DNA of 64,000 nucleotides from the human T2T-CHM13v2.0 reference genome, Homo sapiens. Positions 1 to 12,644 of the stretch are shown here, one piece after another; within the stretch, counting starts at the first letter, position 1; each line of letters starts with the position of its first letter. The translations under genes and the position numbers were made by a program. The stretch lies in NCBI RefSeq assembly GCF_009914755.1, contig NC_060936.1. One strand, 5' to 3'. The notes under the pieces are model-generated. The model saw only the letters and a list, made by a program, of their open reading frames with translations, did not search any database and was not told the DNA's origin.

Positions 1-3000
1 TTCAGAAGCAGGTTGTTTAATGTCCATGTAATTTTATGGCTTTGAGTGATTTCCTTAGCATTGATTTCTATTTTTATTGCCCTGTGGTCTGAGATTGTGG
101 TTGGTATACTGTTGGTTTTTTTGAATTTGCTGAGTATTGTTTTATGTTCGATTGTGTGGTCAGTTTTAGAATATGTGCCACGTGTAGACGAGATGAATAT
201 ATATTCCGTTGTTGGGTGGGGAGTTCTGTAGATGTTATTAGGCTCATTTGTTCAAATGTTAAATTCAGGTCCTGACTATCTTTGTTAATATTCTGCCTCA
301 GTGTTCTGTCTGATATTGTCAGTCGGGGGTTAAAGTCTCCCAATATTATTGTGTGGGAATATAAGTCTCTTTGTAGTTATCTAAGAACTTGCTTTATTAA
401 TCTGGGTGCTCCTGTGTTGGGTGCATATATATTGAGAATAGTTATGTCTTCTTGTTGAATTGAACCCTTTACCATTATATAATGCCTTTCTTTATCTTTT
501 TTTGATCTTTGTTGGCTTACAGTCCTTTTTGTCTGACATTAGGATTGCAACCTCTGCTTTTTTCTGTTTTCCATTTGCTTAGTAGATTTTTCTCCATGCC
601 TTTACTTTGAGCCTATTCATGTCATTGCATGTGAGATGGGTCTTTTGAAGATAGCATACCATCGGGTGTTGCTTCTTGATCTAGCTTGACACTCTGTGCC
701 TTTTAATTGGAGGCATTTAACCCATTTACATTCAAGGTTAGTATCATATTTATGGATTTGATTCCGTTATCATGTTGATAGCTGGTTATTATGCTGGCAT
801 GTTTGTGTGGTTGCTTTATAGTGTCACTGGTCTATGTACTTCAGTGTGTCTATGTAGTGGCTGGTAATGGTCTTTGCATATTTAGTGCTCCTTTCTGAAC
901 CTCTTTTAAGACAGGTCTGGTAGTAATAAATACTCTCAGCATTTGCTTGTCTGAAAAGGACCTTATTTCTCCTTCACTTAGTTTGGCTGGATGTGAAATT
1001 TTTGTTGGAAATTCTTTTTTTAAGAATGCTGAATATAGGCCCCCAGTCTCTTCTGGCTTGTAGGGTTTCTGCTGAAAAGTGTGCTGTTAGCTTGATGGGG
1101 TTCCCTTTGTAGGTGACCTGCCCTTTCTCTCTAGCTGCCCTTAACATTTTTTTTCTTTCATATCAACCTTGGAGAATCTGATGATTATGTGTTTGGGAGA
1201 TAGTCTTCTTGTGTAGTGTCTTGCAGAGGTTCTCTGTATTTCTTGAATTTGAATGTAGTTCTCTCTAGTGAGGTTGGGGAAGTTTTCATGGACGATATCC
1301 TGAAATATGTTTCCAAGTTGCTTGCTTTCTTCCTGTCTCTTTCAGGGATGCCAATGAGTCATAGGTTTGGTTTCTTTACAGAATCACACATTTCTTGGAG
1401 GGTTTTTTGTTGTTGTTGTTCATTTTAATTCTTCTTTCTTTATTTTTATTTGCCTGGGTCATTTTAGATAGCCAGTCTTTGACCTCCGAGATTCTTTCCT
1501 CAGCTTGGTCTATTCTGCTGTTAATATGCACAATTGCATTATGCAATTCTTTTTTTTTCTTTTTAGACCAGTCCCCCATTATGCAATTCTTGTAGTGTGT
1601 TTCTCAGCTCTATCAGATTACTTTGGTTCTTTTTTATAATGGCTATTTCATCTAACGGCTCCTGTATTATGTGATTCTTAGGTTCCTTGGATTGCATTTC
1701 AATGTCCTCCTGAATCTCGATGATCTTTGTTCCTGTCTGTATTCTGAATTCTATTTGTATCATTTCAACCATTTCAGCCTCGTTAGGACAGTGTGGTCAT
1801 TTGGAGGAAAGAAGGCACTCTGGCTTTTTTAATTGCCAGAGTTCTTGTGCTGGTTATTTCTCATCTGTGTGAGCAAGCTGATGTTCCTTTAACTGTGGTG
1901 TTGAGTACAGTCAGTTGACTTCCTTTCTGGATGTTTTCAGAGGGCCAAAGCTTTGTTCAGGTGTTTATTTGTAGCTAAATTCTTGTTTTTGATTTCACAC
2001 GGTGAGTATATTAGCAAAGTATTTTTTGGTATTGATGTTTTGTGCTGTGATCCAGTAGGTGGCACTTAAGTGTAATGGCCGGTAGGTAGGGTCTTGCTCA
2101 GTTAACACAGCTCCCCTGTATTTCTTCACAATTGCAGTTGTACTCCCTCTCAGTGCTCTGAAAGTGTGGGTTTATCTCCCACTTGAGTGCTGGCTGCATG
2201 TCTCAACTTGGCACTCCTGGGCTGCACACCACAGCTCTAGGGTGATTTCTGGCTTTATGTTCCTTTCCCAGCTTTGAGGCAGCAGGGGAAGGGACTTCAG
2301 CGGTGGTTGTGGCAGAGGGTCTTTGATTTGTCTCTTTGGGCTCCAGCCCAGAAACATGCAGAGCTGCTATCAATCAGTTTAATTAGCCTGGGGTGGGGCA
2401 GCTGAACGGTGGGTCCACACTAATGGGGCCCCACCTGGTGATGAGCAGGGGCCTTGGGTGGGACCTGGGGGAGACAAACTGGCCTCTTCTCCTTAACGCA
2501 ACTGCCATTCGCTGCAAGTGTGATTAAAGCACTCAGCGTCTTTGCTTCTTTCCTGGTCTGAAGGTAGCAAGGGCAGCACCACTACAGTGGCAGTGGCAAG
2601 GGGGTTTTTGGTTGCTTCTGGGAGCTCCACCTCAGAGAGATTCGAAGCTGCTGCTCCCAGGAATGTTCGGCCATGAGGTGGGGCAGCTGCTCTGCTAGCC
2701 TGAGCCGGGCTCTGCTTGTTAAAGAGCAGGAGGTTTGTCCACAGCTCACAGGGATGAGAGACTGGGCTCCTCTCCACTTGGTGTGCTGGAAGCTCGGGTG
2801 AAGCCCTTAGATTCTTTGTTTTTTCTCCAGACTGAGGGCAGCAGAGGCAGAATCATTGCTGTGGCAGTGGCAGGGGGGCTTTTGGTTGCTTCTGGGAGCC
2901 CCTCACCCGGGAAGAACAGCCCCTACCAGTGGGTATGCCTAACCATGGGTGGGTCAGCTGTTCTGCAGTCCCAAGCCGGGGGCCCTGCCTGGTGAAGAGT

Positions 3001-3856
3001 TTTGGGGGCAGTGGGGAGGGAGGGTGTCACAAGGAAGAGAGACTGGATTCCTTTTTGTCTGGTGGCTGCAGTATGTTGCATTTGCCAGCGTAGCTATTGT
3101 GCCTTCTGTTCCTTCCCCAACCTGTGGGAGGTTAGGGTGTTATTACTGTAGCTGCAGAGGCAGAGGGGTTGTGGGTTGTCTCTGGGATTTCCTCCCACCT
3201 CTGACTAAAGGGTTCAGGAAGGGGCAGGGTAGTTTTGCTAGAGTCCCAGGTTGGGTGGCCCTACCCAGTGATGAGAAGCTGAGAGAGAAGCCCACGTGGA
3301 GAACAATCCAGTCACTTTTCTGTGGGAGGGCTGCACTGTTCTGGGGAACTATGCCACTTCCTAATCACCGTGTACTCTCCAGACCAGAAGGCAATAGCAG
3401 CAGGATCTGGAAGACGCAAAAACTGTGGCCAGCCTCTCCCTCTGCAAGCTTCCGTCTCAGGGAAGTGTAGATCTGTACTAGCCTGAGAGCCCTGGTTGTG
3501 GTGAGTACAGAGTGGCTGGAGTCCCAGATAGATGGGTCCCACTCAGTGAGGAGAAGTGGGATCAGGGACCCATGTAAAAAACAATCTGGCCACTTTACCT
3601 TGGGTCAGTTGCGCTGTGTGGGGGATCCATGCCACTCCCTAATCACCACTTGCTCTCCAGAGCCTGAAGGCTATAGCAGCAGAGACTGCAAGGCAGCAAA
3701 AACTGGTGGCCGGACTCTCCTTCTTCACACTGCATCCTAGGGAAGTGCCGAGTTGCTACCAGCCTGAGAGCCCTGGTTGGGGTTGGCTGGAGTCCCAGGC
3801 TGTGGGGTCCCACCCAGTGAGAAGAAGCAGGACACATATAAAAAACAGTTTGGCCG
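1..3856 (-). mobile_element. Old primate LINE-1 (L1PA13-16/L1PB-like): ORF2 endonuclease region, ORF1 and 3' part of the 5'UTR; continues beyond window start
   Basis: Minus-strand translation MGDFNP... (endonuclease GDFN motif, 74-343); ORF1 coiled-coil remnant (SRIDQAEERISE, 1376-1579); GC-richer 5'UTR from about 1.8 kb; many stops and frameshifts. Confidence 0.9.
2990..3856. repeat. Tandem ~270-bp monomers in the L1 5'UTR (continues at 6662-7140)
   Basis: Anchor cagtga(g/t)gagaag-like at about 3267, 3544, 3815 and 6915; recurring ctaatcacc..ctctccag and cctgagagccctgg blocks. Confidence 0.8.
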
Positions 3857-6606
3857 AATATCCTTGATGAACGTTGATGTAAAAATCCTCAACAAAATAC
3901 TTGCAAAACAAATCCAGCGGCACATCAATGGTGTATATACAGGGAGCTAATTCTCCATGATAAAGTAGGCTTCATCCCTGGGAAGCAAAGTTGGTTCAAC
4001 ATAGGCAAATCAATAAATGTGATTCATCACATAAACAGAACAAAAGACAAAAACCACATGATAATCTAAATAGAGGCAGAAAAGGCTTTTGATAAAATTG
4101 AACATCTCTCCATGTCAAAAGCCCTCAATAAACTAGACAATGAAGGAACATACTTCAAAATAAGAGCCATCTATGAGAAAACCACAGCCAACATAATATT
4201 GAATAGGCAAAATCTGGAAGTATTCTGCTTGAAAACAGGCACAAGATAACAATGTCCTGTCTCACCACTCCTATTCAGCATGGTATTGGAACTCCTGGTC
4301 AGAGCAATCAGACAATAGAAAGAAATAAAAGGCATCCAAATATAAAGAGAGGAAATCAAATTATCTCTCTTTGCGGACAGTATGATTCTACACCTAGAAA
4401 ACTCCATAGTTTCTATCAAAAAAATCTTAGAACTAATAAACAACTTCAGTTAAGTTTCTGGATACAAAATCAGGGTAGAAAAATGGGTAGCATTTCTATA
4501 AACACACAACATCCAAGTGGAGAGCCAGGTCAAGAATGCAATCCCATTCACAATTGCCACAAAAAGAATAAAATACCTAGGAATACAGCTAACCAGGGAG
4601 GTGAAAGATCTCTATAATGAGAACTATAAAACTCTGCTCAAAGAAATCAGAGATAACACCAACAAATGGAAAACATTCCATGCTCATGGATAGGAAGAAC
4701 CAATATGGTTAAAATGGTCATACTGCACAAAACAATTTCCAGATACAATGACATTGGTAGTTTGATAGGAATAGCATTGTATAGGACTAGGAAAAACTAT
4801 TTTAAAATTCATACGGAATCCAAAAAGGCCTAAATAGCCAAGGCAATCCTAAGCAAAAAGAATGAAGTTGGAGGCATCACATTACCCAACTTAAAACTTT
4901 ATTTCAGGACTACAGCTACTAAAACAGCATGCTACTGGTACAAAACAGACACATAGACCAATGGAACAGAATAGAAAGCACAAAAATAATGCCACATACA
5001 ACCATCTGAAATTTGACAAAACCAACAAAAACAAGCAATGAGGAAAGGGCTTCCCATTCAATAAATGTTACTAGCTAGTTGTGTAGTCATATGCAAAAGA
5101 TTGACATTGGACTCCTATCTTAATTAAACCACATACAAAAATCAAGATGGATTAAATATTTAAGTACAAAACTTAAAATTATAAAAACCCTGGAAGATAA
5201 CCCAGGCAATATCATTCTGTACATCTGAACAGGCAAACATTTCATGACAAAGATGCCAAAAGCAATTGCAACAAAAGCAAAAATCGACACATGGGATCTA
5301 ACTAACTTAAGAACTTCTGCACAGCCAAAGAAACTATCAACAGAGTAAATGGACAACCTACAGATGGGGAGAAAATATTTGCAAACTATGCATCTGACGA
5401 AGGTCTAATATCCAGCATCTATCTATGAGGACCTTAAACAAATTTACAAGACAGAAACAACCCTATTAAAAAGTGGACAAAGGACATGAACAGACACTTT
5501 GCAAAAGAAGACATACAAGTTTTTTTTTCACATGTGCCCAACAAGCATATGAAAAAAGCTCAGCATCACTAATCATTAGAGAAATGCCAATCAAAACCAT
5601 AATGAGATACCATCTCACACCAGTCAGAATGCCTGTTATTAAAAGTCAAAAAAATAAGGCCAGGTGCAGTGGCTCACACCTGCAATCCCAGTGCTTTGAG
5701 AGGGCAAGAGGGATGGACCACTTGAGGCCAGGAGTTTGAGACCAGCCTGGTCAACATGGTGAAACCCTGTCTCTACTAAAAATATAAAAATTAGCCTGGC
5801 ATGGTGGCACATGCCTGTAATCCCAGCCACTCAGGAGGCTCAGGCATGAGAATCACTTGAGCCTGCAGGGTGGAGGTCGCAGTGAGCTGAGATTGCGCCA
5901 CTGCACTCCAGCCTTGGCAACAGAGAAAGGCTCTGCTCAAAAAAAAAAAAAAAAGTCAAAAATAACATGCTGGTGAGGTTGTGGAGAAAAGGGAACATTT
6001 ATACACCGTTGGTGGGAGTAAAAATTGGTTCATCCATTGTGGAAAGCAGTGTGGCCATTCCTCAAAGAGGTAAAAACTGAATTACCATTTGACCCAGCAA
6101 TCCCATTACTGGGTGTATACTCAGAGGAATGTACATCATCGTACCATAAAGACACATGTAAATGTTCATTGCAGCACTGTTCACAATAGCAAAGACACAG
6201 AGTCAACCTAAAAGCTCATCAATAACACGCTGGATAAAGAAAATGTGGTACATATACATCAGCGAATACTATGCAGCTGTAGAAAAGAATGAGATCATGT
6301 CTTTTGTGGGAGTTGGAGTCCATTATCCTTAGTAAATTAACACAGCAACAGAAAACCAAATACCACATGTTTTCACTTAGAAGTGGGAGGTAAATGATGA
6401 GAACTCACGGAAGAAAGGAAGGGAACAACACACTGGGGCCTACTTGAGGGTGGAATGTGGGAGGAGAAAGAGGAGCAGAATAAATAACTATTGGGTACTA
6501 GGCTTAGTACCTGGGTGATGAAATAATCAGTGCAACAAACCTCCGTGACATAACAATCCTGCACATGTACCCGTGCGCCTAAAATAAAAGTTATTTTTTA
6601 AAAAAA
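3857..6606 (+). mobile_element. 5'-truncated LINE-1 (old L1PA-type 3' end) inserted antisense into the 5'UTR of the first L1
   Basis: ORF2 RT/C-terminal sequence, 3'UTR, aataaa at about 6582; degenerate TSD aaaaacagtttggcc (3841-3856) / aaaaccagtctggcc (6662-6676). Confidence 0.9.
5658..5950 (+). mobile_element. Alu (AluSz/AluJb-like) nested in L1
   Basis: Dimeric Alu with A-tail; TSD aaaagtcaaaa(aa)ataa at 5641-5657 and 5951-5965. Confidence 0.95.
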
Positions 6607-6661
6607 CACGGAACCCTTCCCCCCGCCCCCCGCCCGATCCCCCGACCCCCCGGCCAGAAAC

Positions 6662-7666
6662 AAAACCAGTCTGGCCTCTTTTCTGTGGGAGAGCTACGCT
6701 GTGCAGGTGCTCTGTGCCACTTCCTAATCGCTGCTTGCTCTCCAGTGCATGAATGCTACAGCAGCGGGGGCTGCAAGACAGCAACAATGGCAGCTGGCCT
6801 CTTCCTCTGGGAGCTCCGACCCAGGGAAGTGCAAAGCTGCTACCGGCCTGGGAGCCCTGGTGTGGGGGTGTTTGCAGTCCAGGGCGTGTGTGCGGGGGGC
6901 GCGGGGGTCTTGCCCCGTGAGGAGGAGCAGGATTGGGGAACTATGTAAAAAATACTCTGGCCGCTTTTCCGTGGAATGGCTGCGCTGTGCAGATCAGCGG
7001 CGGGGCCTGTCAGACAGCAAAACTGGCAGCTGGCGTCTCCTTCTGGGAGATTTGTCCCAGGGAAGTGCAGAGCTGCTACAGGCCTGAGAGTCCAGACAGG
7101 GTGTGGCTGGAGACCCAGGCCAGTGGGCCTTAACGCTGTTAAATGCAGGGGAGGCGAGGTCTGCATTTGCTTCTCAGTGACTAGATTAGGCTCTGTTCTT
7201 GGGGGAGTGCATGGGGATCTTGACTTTCTCTGCTGCCCCAGCTGCAGCTGCTAATGCAGGGATGCCTGGGGATTCCAGGCTTCCAGGACTCTATGTGTGG
7301 CGTGTGCCTGAGTCGGGGCTATGGCCAGGCTCCACGTAGTTCTCCATGTCAGACTGGAGGTCCCAGTGAGGTGGGCTCACAGGGGAATCACCTGAGCCCA
7401 GGCTGCAGAAGTGTGAGTCCCCACGGACTCTCACTCACTATCCTCCCCGCCTCTCCCGTGAAGGGAAGAAGCTCCCCCTGACTCCATGCCACTCTCGGGT
7501 GTGAAGTTGTCCTGTCTCACTCCTCTCCGTTCTCCGTGGGTCGTTTCCTTGATAAATCCCAACGTGTCCACAACCAGATCTTCAATGTGTCCCACTGAAG
7601 ATCTAGTAATTACTTGTCACTGTCTTCTCTCCATGAAAGAGGTGCACACTAGAGATTTCTAGTCAA
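6662..7666 (-). mobile_element. 5' part of the 5'UTR of the first L1
   Basis: Same monomers as 2990-3856; ends in the reverse complement of an L1 start (gactagaa...ctagtgtgcacc). Confidence 0.8.
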
Positions 7667-10600
7667 CTTTTATTTTAGATTCAGGTGGTAAATGTGCAGG
7701 TTTGTTACCTGGGTATATTGCATGATGCTGAGGTTTGGGGTACAATTAACACCACCCAGGTACTGGAGCATAGTACCCAATAGTTTTTCACTCCTTGTCC
7801 CCCTCCCTCCTTCCCCCTTCTAGTAGTCTCCACTTTTGATTGTGGCCATTTTTATGTCCATATGTACCCAATGTTTAGCTCCCATATATAAGTGAGAACA
7901 TGTGGTATTTGGTTTTCTGTTTCTGCATTAATTTGCTTAGGATAATGGCCTCCAGCTGCATCTATGTTGCTGCAAAGGACAAGATTTCATTCTTTTTTAT
8001 GGCTGCATAGTATTCCATGGTGTAGCCAGTTTATTGTTGATCAGCACCTAGGTTGATTCCATGTCTTTGCGATTGTGAATGGTGCTGCAATGAACATATG
8101 AATGCATGTGTCTTTCTGGTAGAATCATTTATTTACTTTTGGATACATACACAGTAATGGGATTGCTGGGTCAATAGGTCATTCTGTTTTAAGTTCTTTG
8201 AGAAATCTCCAAACCGCTTTCCACAGTGGCTGAACTAAATTGCATTCCCACCAACAGTGTACAAGTGTTCCCTTTCTCCACAACCTCGCCAACATCTGTT
8301 TTTTGACTTTTAGTTTTTTTAACTTTGGCTATTCATTCTGACTGGTGTGAGATGGTATCTCATTGTGCTTTTGATTTGCATTTCTTTGGTGATTAGTGAT
8401 TTTGAGCATTTTTTCATATGTTTGTTGGCGGCTTTCATGTCTTCTTTTGAGGAGTGTCTATTTGTGTCTTTTACCCATGGACAATGGAGTTTTGTTGTTG
8501 TTGTTATTTAGGTTCCTTATAGCTTCTAGATATTAGACCTTTATTGGATGCATAGTTTGCAAATATTTTCTCCCACCCTGTAGGTTGTCTGTTTACTATT
8601 GATAGTTTCTTTTCCTGAACAGAAGCTCGTTTGTTTAATTAGGTCCTATTGCCAATTTTTTTTTTTTTTGGTTGCAACTGTTTTTGAGGACTTAGTCATA
8701 AACTCTTTCCTAAGACTGATGTCCAGAATGGTGTTTTCTAGATTTTCTCCTAGTATTCTTATAGTTTGATGTCTTGCATTTAAATCTTTAATTCATCATC
8801 ATCATCTTTAATTCATCATCATTTAGTTAATTTTTGTATATGGTACGAGGAAGGGGTCCAGTTTTATTCTTCTGCGTATGGCTAGCCAGTTATCCCAGTA
8901 CCATTTATTGACTAGGGAATTCTTTCCCCATTGCTTATTTTTGTTAGTTTTGTTGAAGATCAGATGGCTGTAGGTGTGTGGCTTTATTTTTGGGTTCTCT
9001 ATTCTGTTCCATTGGTCTGTGTCTGTTTTTGTATCACTACTATGGTGTTTTGGTTACTGTAGCCTTCTAGTATAGTTTGAAGTCAAGTAATGTGATACTT
9101 CCAGCTTTGTTTATTTTGCTTAAAATTGCTTTGGCTATTTAGGCTCTTTTTTTTGGTTGCACATAAATTTTAGCATAGTTTTTCCTAGTTCTGTGAAAAA
9201 TGACATTGGTAGATGATAGGAATAGTGTCGAATCTGTAGATTGCTTTGGGCAGTAAGGCTGTTTTAATTTGGTTCTTCCAATCCCTGTGCATGGAACGTT
9301 TTTCCATTTGTTTTGTCATGTACAATGTCTTTCAGTACTGTTTTGTAGTTCTCCTTATAGACATCTTTCATCTCTTTGATTAGATGTATTCCTAGGTATG
9401 TTTTTGTGGCTATTGTTAATAAAACTGCATTTTTTATTTGACTCTCAGCTTGAATGTAATTGGTGTATATAAATGCTATTGAGTTTTATACCTTGATTTT
9501 GTATCCTAAAACTTCATTAAAGCTGTTTATCAGTTCTAAGAGCCTTTTGGTTGAGTCTTTAGGGTTTTCTAGGTATGGAATCATATCATCCATAAGGAGA
9601 GATAGTTTAAGTTATTATTTGTCCTGTTTGTATGCCTTTCGTTTCTTTCTCTTGCCTTATTGCCCTGGCTAGCACTTCCTGTACTATATTGAATAGAAAT
9701 GGTGAGAACGGGCCTGTTACTTGTCTTATTCTAGTTCTCAAAAGGAATACTTCCAGTTTTTTCCTGCTAAGTATGATGCTAACTGTGGGTTTGTCAGAGA
9801 TACTTCTTATTATTTTGAGGTATGTTCCTTAAATGCCTGGTTTCTTGTGGGTTTTTTTTTTTAATCACTAAGCTATGGCGGATTTTATTGAAAGCTTTGT
9901 CTGTATCTATTGAGATGATTTTATGGTTTTTGTTTTTAATTCTGTTTATATAGTAGATTACTTTTATTGATCTGCATATGTTGAGCCAATCTTGCACCAC
10001 AGGATTGATTCTTACTTAATCACAATAGACTAGCTTTTTGTTGTGTTCCTGTACTTGGTTTGCTGGTGTTTTGTCGAGGATTTTTGCATTGGGGTTATTG
10101 GCCTGTAGTTAATTTTCTTATTTTATCTTTGCCAGGTCTTAGCATCAGGGTGATGCTGGCTTTGTAGTTAGGGAGGAGTACCTCCTCCTCAATTTTTTGG
10201 AATAGATTCAGTAGAACTAGTACCAGCTCTTCTTCGTACATCTGGTAGAATTTTGCTGTCAATCCATCTGGTCCGGGGCTTTTCTGGTTGGTAGGTTTTT
10301 TATAAATTACTGATTCAATTTTGGAACTCAATATTGGTCTAGTCAAGGTTTCAATTTCTTCCTAATTCATCCTTGCGAGATTGTGTGTTTCCAGGGATTT
10401 ATCCATTTACTGTGGATTTTCTAGTTTGTGTGCATAGAGGTGTTCATAAAGTCTCTGAGTATTGTTTTTATTTCTGTATTTCTATCAATTTCTATCTGTA
10501 TTTCTATCCGTTTTCTCTGGATTTTCTAGTTTGTGGGCATAGAGGTGTTCGTAAAGTCTTTGAGGATTGTTTGTATTTCTGTAGGATCAGTTGTAATGTC

Positions 10601-11711
10601 ACCTTTGTCATTTCTGATTGTGTTTATTTGGATCTTTGCTCTTTTTTCTTTGTTAATCTAGCTAGTGGTCCATGGATCTTGTTTATCCTTTCAAGGAACT
10701 AAGTTTTGGTGTCACTGATTCTTTGTATAGATTTCTGGGTAATAAGTTTATTCGGTTCTGCTCTGATTTTAGTCATTTATTTTCCACTGCTAGAGTATGG
10801 GGTAAGTTTATTTTTGTTTTTGAAATTCTTCTAGGTGTGATGTTAATTTGGGATCTACTTAACTTTTTGAGATAGGCAGTTAGTGCTGTCAACTTTCCTT
10901 TTAATATTGCTTTTGCTGCATCTGAGAGATTTTTGTATGTTGTGTCCTTGTTTTCCTATATTTCAAATATGTTTTTTTGATTTCTGCTTTAATTTTGTTG
11001 TTTACCCAAAAGTCAGTCAGTAGCAAGTTGTTAAATTTCCACGTAGTTGTCTGGTTTTGATAGATCTTCTTGGTATTGATTTCTATTTTTATTCCACTGT
11101 GGTCTGAGAGTATAGTTTGTATAATTTTGATTTTTTCATGCTTTATGGTGGAGCATGTAGTTGATCTTGGAGTATGCTCTATGTGCAGATGAGAAGAATG
11201 TATATTCTGTGGTTGATAAGTGGTGGAATCTTCTGTAGATGTCTATTAGACCCAGTTGGTCAGTTGTCGAGTTTAAGTCCAGAATTTCTTTGCTCGTTTT
11301 CTGCCTCGATGTTCTGTTTAATGCTGTTATTAAGGTGTTTATGTCCTCTGCCATTATTTTATTACTGTCTAAGTCTTTTCATAGCTGCTGATTTTATGAA
11401 TCTTGGTGTTCCAAAGTTGGGTGCATATATATTTAGAATAGTTAAGCCTTCTTGTTAAATTGAACTGTCTATCATTATGTAGTGCTCTTCCCTGCCTTTT
11501 TTAAAACTGCTGTTTGTTTACAGTCTGTTTTGTCTGAAATAAGAATAGCAATCCCTGATCTCTTTTGTTTTCCATTTGCATGGTAGACCTTACTTTGACT
11601 ATGAGTGTTGTTATATGTGAAATGGTTCTCTTGAAGACAGCAGACAGATGGGTCTTATTTTTTTAATCCAATTTGGCACTCTGTGCCTTTTAAGTGATGT
11701 GTTTAGATCAC

Positions 11712-11758
<47 letters not shown>

Positions 11759-12625
11759 TTTGAGACAGAGTCTCACTCTGTCACCCAGGCTGGAGCTTGG
11801 CTCACTGCAAGCTCTACCTCCCAGGTTCTGGCCATTCTCCTGCCTCAGCCTCCTGAGTAGCTGGGACTACAGGTGCCCGCCAGCATGCCCGGCTAATTTT
11901 TTGTATTTTTAGTAGAGATGAGGTTTCACCATGTTAGCCAGGATGGTCTTGATCTCCTGACCTCGTGATCCGCCCACCTCGGCCTCCCAAGGTGCTGGGA
12001 TTACAGGTGTGAGCCACTGCGACTGGCCAGATCATTTACATTTAAGGCTAATATTGATAATGTGAGGTTTTGATTCTATTGGGAAGTTGTTAGTATGTTG
12101 CTTTGTAGTTTCTATTGTGTGGTTGCTTTATGGGGTCTTCAGGTTATGTACTGAAGTATATTTTTGTGGCAGCAGGAAATTGTTCTTTCATTTCTATGTT
12201 TAGAACTTGCCTTAATGATCTTGTGTAAGGCTGGTCTAGGGGTAACAAATTCCTTTAGCACCTGCTTATCTGAAAAAGGTTTTTTTTGTTGTTGTTGTTT
12301 TCTCCACTTACGAGGCTTAGTTTGGTGGGATATGAAATTCTTGCTTGGAATTTCTTTTCTTGAAGAATGCCGAAAATAGGCCCTCAATCTGTCACGGCTT
12401 GCAAAGTTTCTGCTGAGATGTCTGCTGTTAGCCTGATGGGATTCCCTTTATATGTGATCTGACCTTTTACTCTAGCTCCCTTTAAGATTTTTTTCTTTAG
12501 TGTTGACCTTGGACAGTCTGATGACTATATGCCTTGGTGATGTGCATTTTGTATGGTATCTCACAGTTGTTCTTGGGATTATTTTTGTATCTGGATGTCT
12601 ACCTCTCTAGCAAAATTAAAGAAAT
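7667..12625 (-). mobile_element. Long LINE-1 (L1PB/late L1PA-like): 3'UTR, ORF2 and most of ORF1; 5' end missing
   Basis: T-rich tail followed by antisense 3'UTR; ORF2 remnants ([29 protein letters not shown]); ORF1 remnant FSDKQVLKEFVT. Confidence 0.92.
11712..12028 (-). mobile_element. AluY-like with (TTA)n tail, nested in L1
   Basis: AluY-type positions (gcaagct, gccattctc, agccaggatgg); TSD agatca(c/t)tta at 11705 and 12029; small internal deletion. Confidence 0.93.
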
Positions 12626-12644
12626 TTTATGAATAAAATTAATT

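Noticed and set aside
2493-3840. ORFs up to 173 aa
   Set aside because: Within GC-rich L1 5'UTR monomers; not protein-like
8783-8823. ~20-bp tandem duplication with (CAT)n; a similar small duplication at about 38000-38040
   Set aside because: Ordinary slippage events in dead repeats
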